DNA of 64,000 nucleotides, taken from an uncultured Ruminococcus sp. (GTDB lineage: Bacteria; Bacillota; Clostridia; Oscillospirales; Ruminococcaceae). The stretch lies in the NCBI GenBank assembly GCA_934474025.1, contig CAKSMF010000003.1, positions 110,254-174,253 on the forward strand. The letters run 5' to 3'. The position numbers were made by a program, and so were the translations under genes. The notes beneath the pieces are model-generated. The model saw only the letters and a program-made list of their open reading frames with translations. It did not search any database and had not been told where the DNA came from. Of this stretch, positions 39,933 through 48,578 are shown one piece after another (position 1 is the stretch's first letter; every line of letters starts with the position of its first letter).

Positions 39933-40600
39933 TTATCACAGATTACCATTGTCATGTATTGCCGGAACTGGACGACGGAGCAGAAAATTTACAAACTGCT
40001 CTTTTGATGATTCAAAAAATGAAATTTCAGGGCGTAAGAAAAATAATTGCTACTCCGCACTTTTATGCCCATGAAGAAATTTCTGTAAAGGAATATCTTG
40101 ATAAACGTCAAAAATCATATGATATGCTTATGAATGCAAATCCGGCTGTTGAAAATATAATATTAGGTTCAGAAGTTGCAATTGAAAGTGGTTTGAGTGA
40201 AATAGAAGATGTTGAAAAATTAGCTATTCAAAATACAGATTATATTTTGCTTGAATTGCCTTTTGGCAACTATTCAAGATGGATAACAGACGAAATTTAT
40301 AATATTTCCTGTCGATACAAGCTTAAAGTTATCATTGCCCATATTGAAAGATACAAAGATATTTACAGTAAATCTCAAATGGCGGAAATTCTTGATATGG
40401 GTGTTGTTTTACAGGTTAACAATAATGCATTTAAAACGTTCGGAAGCAGACAATTCGTCCGAAAACTTATAAAGGAAGATTATGAAGTTATTTTTGGAAG
40501 CGACTGTCATAATATGACTTCACGTTCTCCTGATTGGGATATTATGCGTAAATATATAAAACCAGAAATCCTTAAAAAATCAAATAACCTTATAAAGTAA
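39929..40600 (+). CDS. PHP-family tyrosine-protein phosphatase (CpsB/YwqE-like)
   Basis: DYHCHVLPELDDGA N-terminal metal-binding motif; 223 aa; 4-bp overlap with the kinase gene. Confidence 0.8.
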   Translation: MIITDYHCHVLPELDDGAENLQTALLMIQKMKFQGVRKIIATPHFYAHEEISVKEYLDKRQKSYDMLMNANPAVENIILGSEVAIESGLSEIEDVEKLAIQNTDYILLELPFGNYSRWITDEIYNISCRYKLKVIIAHIERYKDIYSKSQMAEILDMGVVLQVNNNAFKTFGSRQFVRKLIKEDYEVIFGSDCHNMTSRSPDWDIMRKYIKPEILKKSNNLIK

Positions 40601-40602
40601 TT

Positions 40603-40638
40603 ATAAAAAAACTGCCATTAGTGGCAGTTTTCTTTAAT
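40603..40638. terminator. bidirectional rho-independent terminator
   Basis: ACTGCCA-TTAG-TGGCAGT hairpin flanked by an A-run and a T-run, between convergent genes. Confidence 0.5.
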
Positions 40639-40639
40639 T

Positions 40640-41911
40640 TCAGTCAATGTAATGAACATTCATGTCAACATATCCTTCAATTCCGTCAATAAGTCCGGTT
40701 GAACTTCCTTGCCACATGAAATAGTCACCGTTATAGTCAGTTTCGTCTATAAAGTGTGCTAACCATACGGGTTTATTGTAATTGTTAATCCAGAAGTTAT
40801 TTAAAAAATTTTTGCTACTGTATAACATGGCTGAATAACCATTGTTTTCAATTTCAATGCAGAAAAGGTTGAAAAGTTCGTTTAAACCATGAATACTAAG
40901 TCCATATTGCTGGAAATTTGTAAATTCTTCCCAGTCAAATGCAATTGGAAAATCAAGTTTTTCACTGTCAAGTTGTTCTGTAATGTATGAAACAAGTTCG
41001 TCTACTTTATCAGCAGAATTAAGAGTTGTATAGAAATAAACTCCAACTTTCAGACCAGCTTCACGGGCTTTGCGGATATTTTCGGAATACCATTCATCAG
41101 GCACTATTTCATCATAAAAATGTCCCATACGGATTATAACAAATTCGCAACCTGCATTTTTCACGGCATTGAAATCAATATCTCCTTGCCATGCTGAAAC
41201 ATCTATACCAAATTCTCTGTTTTCTCCTGCATTTGCCTTTACGAATTCTTCAAAAGGCGTTCCGTCACTATAATCGGGAGTTTCTGCCGGAGTATCTGTT
41301 GCAGGTATATGACTTAATACAATAACGGTCATATCCCATGAAGTTTCATTTCCTGAACTGTCTGTAACGTGTGCAGTTATTGGATAAGTACCTATAGTAT
41401 TTGTATCAACTGTTCCGTCATAAGTCAGAACTGGTGATGTATCATAATTATCTGCATAACCGACTATTTTTTTCAGGTCAAATTCTTCTCCTTTGGTGAC
41501 ATATGGCGAAACTCCCATATTCAGCAATACAGGTGCAGTTGTATCCTTAACTGTATAACTTATTTTTTTCTTGAAATTTCCGTCATCACAACTGCACTTT
41601 ATGTAAATTTCATAATTACCTATTTCAGAAGTGTCTACAGTATCATCACCGTTGAGAATTTCAACATTTGTTTCGGTTACAAGTTGGGATATTGTTATTT
41701 CTTCATAAATTTCTAAATTTTCCAGAGTGTCAAGGATAAGATATTCCGGAGGGTCAATATTGGATTTGGCGTTTTGAGAGGTTACGGGTATGCTTTCCGA
41801 AACAGTAGTACCAGTAACTTGTGTTATTAAATTTGCCGGAAGTGTCTGTACTTCCTTTGAACAACCGGTAGTCATACCGAGAGCAATAAGAGCTGTAATT
41901 ATTCTTTTCAT
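40640..41911 (-). CDS. lipoprotein GH25 family lysozyme/muramidase with N-terminal Ig-like domains
   Basis: lipobox signal peptide (LGMTTGC); C-terminal GIDVSAWQGDIDF...VIIRMGH...KVGVYFY typical of GH25. Confidence 0.75.
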   Translation of the reverse strand: MKRIITALIALGMTTGCSKEVQTLPANLITQVTGTTVSESIPVTSQNAKSNIDPPEYLILDTLENLEIYEEITISQLVTETNVEILNGDDTVDTSEIGNYEIYIKCSCDDGNFKKKISYTVKDTTAPVLLNMGVSPYVTKGEEFDLKKIVGYADNYDTSPVLTYDGTVDTNTIGTYPITAHVTDSSGNETSWDMTVIVLSHIPATDTPAETPDYSDGTPFEEFVKANAGENREFGIDVSAWQGDIDFNAVKNAGCEFVIIRMGHFYDEIVPDEWYSENIRKAREAGLKVGVYFYTTLNSADKVDELVSYITEQLDSEKLDFPIAFDWEEFTNFQQYGLSIHGLNELFNLFCIEIENNGYSAMLYSSKNFLNNFWINNYNKPVWLAHFIDETDYNGDYFMWQGSSTGLIDGIEGYVDMNVHYID

Positions 41912-41990
41912 GTTGTCTCCTTTGATTATTTTTATACAAAAAATTATATCATAAAATGTTTTATTTGTAAAGTATATTTTAAAATAATAA

Positions 41991-42030
41991 GAAAAGGTTG
42001 CACTTGATATTTGTGCAACCTTTTTTGAAA
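41991..42030. terminator. rho-independent terminator downstream of the P-type ATPase gene
   Basis: AAGGTTGCAC...GTGCAACCTT inverted repeat followed by a T-run. Confidence 0.45.
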
Positions 42031-44115
42031 TTATTGATATTTCTTTTTATTGAGTATTTTTATGGAATTGAGTATAAGTAACATTGCTGTTCCGGAATCG
42101 GCAAAAACTGCGAGCCACATATTAGGGTGTCCGAAAAGTCCGAGAATTAAAACTACAGCTTTTATAGCAAGTGCAAATATTATATTCTGATATGCTACTG
42201 AAAGTGTTCTGTCAGCAATTCTTTTAGCATATATAATTGTTTCGGGTTCGGAGTTCATGAAAACAGCGTCAGAAGCTTCAAGTGCAAGGTCTGAACCGTT
42301 TTGTAAAGCTCCTCCTATATCAGCACCGGCAAGTACAGGGGCATCGTTTATTCCGTCGCCTATGAACATTACTGAACCGTTTTTGCGTATTTCCTGAATT
42401 TCATGGAGTTTACCGTCCGGCATCAAATCGCCTTTTACATAATCTATACCGAGTTGTTTTCCGACAGCTAAAGCGTTTTCGGATTTATCACCTGTTAACA
42501 TAGCTGTATGTATTCCCATTGATTTAAGCTGTGAAATAGTTTTTACTGATGTTTTCTTTATGGTATCAGAAACAGTTATTATACCTTTTACCATTCCTTC
42601 TGTTGCAACATAAACTATACTTCCGTTAATGTTGTAATCAGGAACAGTTATATTATTTTCTTTCATAAGTCTTTCATTACCGCAAAGTATTTTCTTGCCG
42701 TTAAGTGTTGCAGAAATACCACGTCCGGCGAGTTCTGTTATTTTTTCAGGAGAAGTTATATTAATGGAATTTTCTTCGCAGTATTTTATAATACTTTCAG
42801 CAACAGGGTGGGTTGAAGTTTGTTCGCATGATGCACAAATTTCAAGAAGGTTTTCTTTTGTCATATCACCAAAAGTTTTTACATCTGTTACTGTAAAGTT
42901 TCCGTTGGTAAGAGTTCCAGTTTTATCGAATGCTATGTTTTTAACTTTTGCAAGAACTTCAATAGCTGAACCGCCTTTGAAAAGTATTCCGAATTTTGAA
43001 GCAACGCCTATTCCGGAGAAATAAGCAAGCGGTACGCTTAAAACCAATGCACAAGGACAGCTTATTACAAGGAATGTAAGTGCTGAATAAACCCATTTAT
43101 GCCAATCGCCAGTTACTATTGATGGTATGATTGCTGTAAGTAATGCTGTTACAAGAACTATAGGTGTATATATTTTTGAGAATTTTGTTATAAAACGGTC
43201 TATTTTTGGTTTTGAGAAAGACGCATTTTCAACGGCTTCTGCAATTTTTGAAATCATTGAATTTTCAGCAGTTGCAGTTGCACGAAGTTCAAAAGTTTCA
43301 GAAAGGTTTATACAGCCGGATAATATTTCATCTCCGGTACGTACTGTAAGCGGTACTGGTTCGCCGTTTATAGCGGAAGTATCTATACGTGATTCACCAT
43401 TATTAACAATACCGTCAACAGCTATACGTTCACCGGCTTTAATTCGGAGAATGTCGCCGATTTTAATGTTTTCAGCAGGAGTACGTATAAATTCGCCGTC
43501 TTTGAGAACATCTGCAAAATCTGTTTTAAGGCTTGAAATATCTGTTATAGCTTTACGAGTCTGTGAAACAGCATAATCTTCAAAAAGTTCACCAATTCGG
43601 AAGAATAATACTACTCCGACAGCCTCGGCATAGTCTCCGAGGACAAATGCACCAATAGTTGCTACTGTCATTAAAGTGTTTTCGTCAAAGAAATTTTTTG
43701 AAAAGATGTTTTTTACAGCAGAAGTTATAACATTAAATCCTAATACTAAATATGCTCCGATAAATACAATAAGTGAGAGGATATTCATATCAGTAAGTTT
43801 TTGAATTAACAATGCAATAACAAACAGAATCGTTCCTGCAATCAATGGAACATATTCAGGAATTTCTTTTTTCTCCTCGGCTGGAGCAGGTGAGGTTTCT
43901 TCAAACGGAATAATTTTAACCTCATTTTCGACAGCTTGTGCGAGGTCATTCATAAGTTCAAGTGTATCTTCATTGATATCACCTGTAACAGTAAGTTTTT
44001 TTAATGGAAAGTTAAGAACAGCACTTTCAATACCTTGCATATCAGCAATTAATCCCTCGATTTTAGCACCACAATGTGCACAATCAAGATTTTCTATAGT
44101 GTAAACTTTTTTCAT
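42031..44115 (-). CDS. heavy-metal (Cd/Zn/Co-type) translocating P1B-type ATPase
   Basis: N-terminal HMA domain with CAHC, CPC motif in TM6, DKTGTLT phosphorylation site, GDGINDAP; start placed at the MKKVY ATG, which has an AAGGAG RBS (track start 44133 is upstream). Confidence 0.9.
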   Translation of the reverse strand: MKKVYTIENLDCAHCGAKIEGLIADMQGIESAVLNFPLKKLTVTGDINEDTLELMNDLAQAVENEVKIIPFEETSPAPAEEKKEIPEYVPLIAGTILFVIALLIQKLTDMNILSLIVFIGAYLVLGFNVITSAVKNIFSKNFFDENTLMTVATIGAFVLGDYAEAVGVVLFFRIGELFEDYAVSQTRKAITDISSLKTDFADVLKDGEFIRTPAENIKIGDILRIKAGERIAVDGIVNNGESRIDTSAINGEPVPLTVRTGDEILSGCINLSETFELRATATAENSMISKIAEAVENASFSKPKIDRFITKFSKIYTPIVLVTALLTAIIPSIVTGDWHKWVYSALTFLVISCPCALVLSVPLAYFSGIGVASKFGILFKGGSAIEVLAKVKNIAFDKTGTLTNGNFTVTDVKTFGDMTKENLLEICASCEQTSTHPVAESIIKYCEENSINITSPEKITELAGRGISATLNGKKILCGNERLMKENNITVPDYNINGSIVYVATEGMVKGIITVSDTIKKTSVKTISQLKSMGIHTAMLTGDKSENALAVGKQLGIDYVKGDLMPDGKLHEIQEIRKNGSVMFIGDGINDAPVLAGADIGGALQNGSDLALEASDAVFMNSEPETIIYAKRIADRTLSVAYQNIIFALAIKAVVLILGLFGHPNMWLAVFADSGTAMLLILNSIKILNKKKYQ

Positions 44116-44130
44116 AGTATCGCTCCTTAT

Positions 44131-44152
44131 CATATGAATATCTGTTCATATG
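44131..44152. promoter_or_regulatory. palindromic candidate operator CATATGAA-N6-TTCATATG just upstream of the ATPase RBS
   Basis: perfect 8-bp inverted repeat with a 6-bp spacer about 5 nt upstream of the ATPase Shine-Dalgarno on the minus strand; typical geometry for a dimeric metalloregulator site. Confidence 0.4.
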
Positions 44153-44474
44153 TTTAATATATCATATTTAGAAGCATTTGTCAATAGTTTTCGGAAAATT
44201 TATATTTATTTTTAAGAAAAGCGTTTTTTAGCGAAATATATATGATTTTTAGTTAACCTGAGTTAACGGATTTTTCCGAATAGTTGGCGTGAAAAATTTC
44301 CTTGAAACAGGCATTATAAAAAATTATAATTTTTTTAAAAAAATTTCGTCTTTTTGTCCTTTTTAAGTCACTTATATATGAAAAGCTTTTCATAATATAA
44401 ACCTTTATTGAAAGGAGTGATAGATTTTGATTGTTGATTCTAAATTTTATGCCGGAGGTGACAGTAAGATTTCA

Positions 44475-45035
44475 ATGCTATTAAATCCATGTGAACAGAA
44501 AAATCATTATGATATATCATGTGAAAATGTAAATGAACTTATCGCCGGCTGTTCAGAATCAAAAGATAAACTGGAAAAACTTTACATCATGTTTAAAGAT
44601 AGTGTATTTGCAGTTGCATTTGGAATAACATCAGACTATCATCTTTCTGAAGATTGTGTTACCGAAACTTTTGTGAGACTTACTCAGGTAAAGCGTTTTT
44701 CAGCAAAAAAAGGTGACGGAAAAGGGTTTATACTTACTATTGCCCGCAATGTTGCATTGGAGTTTCGCCGTAGGTATAAGAGAGAAAAAGAGAGTGATGA
44801 TATATATATTCAAAATTACGGCGAGGCTGATAAGACTGTAGAAAACAGTATTTATATAAATCAGCTCCTTGAATATCTTAATGACAAACAGCGTCAGGTC
44901 GTTGTGCTGAAATGCTGTTCAGAACTTACATTCAGGGAGATTGCAAAAATTATGAAATGCCCTGAAACTACGGTAAAATCAAGGTACAAAAAAGCCATAT
45001 CTATTTTACAGGAAAAGGCAGGTGCTGACAAGTGA
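44475..45035 (+). CDS. ECF-type RNA polymerase sigma factor (sigma-70 regions 2 and 4)
   Basis: region 2-like FVRLTQV and region 4 HTH (LTFREIAKIMKCPETTVKSRYKKA); the ORF could alternatively start at TTG 44427. Confidence 0.7.
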   Translation: MLLNPCEQKNHYDISCENVNELIAGCSESKDKLEKLYIMFKDSVFAVAFGITSDYHLSEDCVTETFVRLTQVKRFSAKKGDGKGFILTIARNVALEFRRRYKREKESDDIYIQNYGEADKTVENSIYINQLLEYLNDKQRQVVVLKCCSELTFREIAKIMKCPETTVKSRYKKAISILQEKAGADK

Positions 45036-46411
45036 AAAATAAGACTCCTGAAATAAATCAGGAATTTGAAAAGCTGATTAAAGACAAGATGAATGAACTT
45101 TCTTCGTCTGTAGATTGCTTCAATAAAATTTCTGAAAAGGCTTTTCCCGAAAAAAATCAGGATTTTTCCGAAAGCGGATTCGCCGTATGTGACCTTGAAA
45201 ACATTACTGGAAAATCTAAAAAGCCATTGTTTCTTAAATGGATAGCGGTTGCAGTTGCTTTTGTAATATGTATTGTTGTTTTGCCTGAAACATCGATTTT
45301 CGAGAATTTTATGGCAAGTTTAGGAAAAAATCCGGAAGAAATATATTTGGAGATTGTTGAGGAAATATCCAAAGAAACCTCTGAAAATACTTATAAAATA
45401 TATGATATGCCGGTTGATGATTATATTAAATATGATACATTGATAACTCCATTTTATTCGTGTCCGTTTAAGGAATGCGGAAAAAATAATATAAATGTCC
45501 GTATTTTTGTAAGGACTTATAATAATATTCCAACAAATCAGATTTATGCGGTAGAATATACCGGCGAATATGAAAAATCCAATTTTATAGCAGTTGCTGA
45601 TACTAAAGCCAAATTTACTGATGATGAACTTGAAAATATTGTTATTTCTGAAACTAAATCCGAAAATTCTGTTGTTTCTTCTGCAATAAGAAAAAATTTT
45701 ACACCAGCAGTTACGGAAGAAAGTGTCATAAGAGATAATGAAAATTATAATATTATTTCGTTGGCATCATTTGAATATAATAATATTTTCAAATCAGATG
45801 ATGACGAAATACAAGTATATTTATCACAGGTTCTTTATTACGCAAACGGAAATGATGGCATTCCAGAAATCTATTACTATGATATATATAATGCTCCGGA
45901 TTTAAAAAACGAATGGAAAAATTCAGTCTGTTTTGATGGATTTTCAGCTATTCCGGAAAAGAATAAATCATTATTTGTACACAAGGAACTTTTTAATAGT
46001 TCTGAATCTATAAACGATACTTTATTATATGGATATGTAACTTTATCAAAAATTTTTACTGAAAATAATAACAATTCTTTAAGCGATAATATAGATTTTT
46101 ATACTTTGGAACTGAATACAATTTATGACGGTACAGTAACCGAAAATATAAGTACTCTTGCTGTTCCGTATGATAATGAAATTCTTAAAACTTTGAAGAT
46201 GTATTTTTCACAGTCCGGAATGATATTTTCATCTGCATCAAATCCTGTAATAACAATAATTTCTAAAAATAAAAACATTACAAATAATGTATTTAATGAC
46301 GGTGAAAATTATTATATTATGTATCCTGATTTAAGTCAAACGGAATCAGATAAGTTGACCGAAGAAGAAGCTATAAATAACATTGTTGACGGATATGATT
46401 ATAGATTTTAG
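45032..46411 (+). CDS. membrane-anchored protein, candidate anti-sigma factor for the upstream ECF sigma
   Basis: start overlaps the sigma gene stop (ATGA); short cytoplasmic N-terminus, single TM near residue 70, large extracytoplasmic domain; no recognisable zinc anti-sigma motif. Confidence 0.4.
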   Translation: MKNKTPEINQEFEKLIKDKMNELSSSVDCFNKISEKAFPEKNQDFSESGFAVCDLENITGKSKKPLFLKWIAVAVAFVICIVVLPETSIFENFMASLGKNPEEIYLEIVEEISKETSENTYKIYDMPVDDYIKYDTLITPFYSCPFKECGKNNINVRIFVRTYNNIPTNQIYAVEYTGEYEKSNFIAVADTKAKFTDDELENIVISETKSENSVVSSAIRKNFTPAVTEESVIRDNENYNIISLASFEYNNIFKSDDDEIQVYLSQVLYYANGNDGIPEIYYYDIYNAPDLKNEWKNSVCFDGFSAIPEKNKSLFVHKELFNSSESINDTLLYGYVTLSKIFTENNNNSLSDNIDFYTLELNTIYDGTVTENISTLAVPYDNEILKTLKMYFSQSGMIFSSASNPVITIISKNKNITNNVFNDGENYYIMYPDLSQTESDKLTEEEAINNIVDGYDYRF

Positions 46412-46507
46412 GAGAATCCGCATTTTAAACAAGAATTTTCCCACCTCTATAAGTGGTAAGGTGAATTGTAAATTGAAACAAAGATAAACAAAAGAAAGTA
46501 TATATAA

Positions 46508-46553
46508 AAACTTCCCCTGACGGTATATAAACTGTTCAGGGGAAAGTTTTTTT
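46508..46553. terminator. bidirectional terminator between convergent genes
   Basis: CTTCCCCTGA...TCAGGGGAAAG hairpin followed by a T-run. Confidence 0.5.
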
Positions 46554-46557
46554 AAAA

Positions 46558-47880
46558 TCAACTGCTCTGTCTGAAATTTTTATCTGTAAGTATTCTTGCA
46601 AAAATAAGTCCCAGAGGAAGTGATGCAACTATTAGTAAAGCTTTTGTAATCCATAAAGCTCCGGTTTGTGTATCATTAAGAGCTATATAATAAATGCCCT
46701 TATACATGAACATTCCGGGAACCATTATTACTATTGAAGGCACTGTAATAGTTATTCGTGGGAATCCTATTTTCTTCTTGATAGCAGATGCAAGAAGTCC
46801 TGCACATAATGCTCCGATAAATGCAGCTACACTTACGGGAATTGGTGTAAAGTCTATTAATTCAAGACGGAGAGTATTGGCAATCATTCCTATTATTCCG
46901 GCAGTAAAAGCCATTTTTCGTGGACTGTTGAACATAAGTGAAAATCCATATACTCCGCAGAAACTTGTTATAAGTCTGAATAAAAGCATAAGTACTGGAT
47001 TTATTTGCATTTCAGTAAATTCCGACGGGTGAAATTTAAATATAGTTGCTGTAATCCAGCCAGTGAGAGTTGCCATAGTTATTATTAATAAAGCATATGT
47101 TATGCGTTCGAGACCCGAACGTAAATCAAGTTTTGCAAGGTCTAAACCGCCCGTAATCAATGGAAATCCCGGTATAATGAAAAGCATTGAACAGATATAT
47201 CCAGCTTGATGTACGCTTGAAACACCCATAATTATTTCAGCAAGTTCAAGTAACAAAACATATACACAACAAGCTGATGCTACTCCGATAGTTACATTTG
47301 CAAGCAGTGTGATATGTTTTTCAAGAAGAAGTTTTCGCACAAAATTACCAATACCCGCTCCAAAAAATGCACAAATCATTTCTACTATTCCTCCGCCTAA
47401 CAGAAATGTAAATGCACAACAGGCTAATGCAGAGGCAAGACCTAAATTCCATGCTTTGTAGTTAGGAGGAAGTTTCTGTATTTTATCGAGTATACGGTGA
47501 AATTGTTCAACGGAATATTTTCCGGCTTTTTCTTGAAAACTGTCTGCAAAATCTTCCATATAATTCAAGCGGTGAGTATTTACACCGGTAGTATTTATCG
47601 ATAAAGCATTAGTATAAGTTTCACCGTTTTCAATACAGGTATAAGCAATAGCAAGAAGTCCTATATCCGCAGTACAGGTTATTCCTAAAGCACGGGAAAT
47701 TTTATTCATTGATGCTCTTACTCTCCACGCACCTGTGCCAACTGATAACATCATTAATCCGACACGTCCTACTAAAGTAGCTTTTTCTTTAAGGGAAGCG
47801 TTAATTGCTGGAGTAGTATTTTCACTTTCAATGATTTCATGCCACGCAATTGGCATATGTTGTTTTCTGAATTTACTCAT
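46558..47880 (-). CDS. threonine/serine exporter family protein (ThrE; DUF1212 + DUF3815-like)
   Basis: 440 aa; soluble N-terminal region, then about 10 TM helices with a G-rich GGGIVEMICAFFGAG motif typical of ThrE/YjjP-YjjB. Confidence 0.7.
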   Translation of the reverse strand: MSKFRKQHMPIAWHEIIESENTTPAINASLKEKATLVGRVGLMMLSVGTGAWRVRASMNKISRALGITCTADIGLLAIAYTCIENGETYTNALSINTTGVNTHRLNYMEDFADSFQEKAGKYSVEQFHRILDKIQKLPPNYKAWNLGLASALACCAFTFLLGGGIVEMICAFFGAGIGNFVRKLLLEKHITLLANVTIGVASACCVYVLLLELAEIIMGVSSVHQAGYICSMLFIIPGFPLITGGLDLAKLDLRSGLERITYALLIITMATLTGWITATIFKFHPSEFTEMQINPVLMLLFRLITSFCGVYGFSLMFNSPRKMAFTAGIIGMIANTLRLELIDFTPIPVSVAAFIGALCAGLLASAIKKKIGFPRITITVPSIVIMVPGMFMYKGIYYIALNDTQTGALWITKALLIVASLPLGLIFARILTDKNFRQSS

Positions 47881-48048
47881 ATGTACACCTCAAGTATAAT
47901 TTTTTATCATAAATAATTATATCATCTTTATTAGTGAAAATCAATTGACTGTACAAAAATATACCTCCGCAAAAAATCGATATTATTGTATAATAATGAC
48001 AAAAAAAGCCCTTTTTGTCGGTAAAAGGACTTTCTGAATAGAGATATT

Positions 48049-48519
48049 TTAAATCAAGGTTTTAAGCAATCCATTACAGCCTGAATAAATATCATTGTAA
48101 GTTGTTTCAAAATCATTGGTGTACCATGGGTCTGCCACATCATCTGAACGTCCGGCAAATGTAAGGAGTTTATATATTTTTTTGTCATTTTCGAGAATAT
48201 TTTTCATATTTCTTATATTATATGTATCCATGCCAATGAAATAATCATAATTATTATAATCTTCTTTTTTAAGCTGAACTGCTCTTTTTCCTTCACATGA
48301 AATGCCATGCTTTTTAAGTTCGGAGCGTGCAGGCGGATAAACAGGATTTCCAATGTCGTTCCAGATTTCTTCGCAACTTGTTGCACTTGATGATATATAG
48401 AAATCTTTCTGTAAACCTGCGTCAGTGACGAGTTTCTTCATTATAAATTCAGCCATTGGAGAACGGCATATATTTCCGTGACATACAAACATTATTCTTA
48501 TCAAATTTTTTTCCTCCAT
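48049..48519 (-). CDS. low molecular weight protein-tyrosine-phosphatase
   Basis: P-loop CHGNICRS (CX5R) near the N-terminus and a DP motif; 156 aa. Confidence 0.85.
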   Translation of the reverse strand: MEEKNLIRIMFVCHGNICRSPMAEFIMKKLVTDAGLQKDFYISSSATSCEEIWNDIGNPVYPPARSELKKHGISCEGKRAVQLKKEDYNNYDYFIGMDTYNIRNMKNILENDKKIYKLLTFAGRSDDVADPWYTNDFETTYNDIYSGCNGLLKTLI

Positions 48520-48578
48520 TATATTGTTGTTTTTACAGACAGAAAAGCCGGAAAGAAAAAAATCTATCCGGCAATAGT

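Noticed and set aside
42695-43576. Plus-strand ORFs opposite the P-type ATPase gene
   Set aside because: They are antisense shadows of a strongly supported ATPase coding region.
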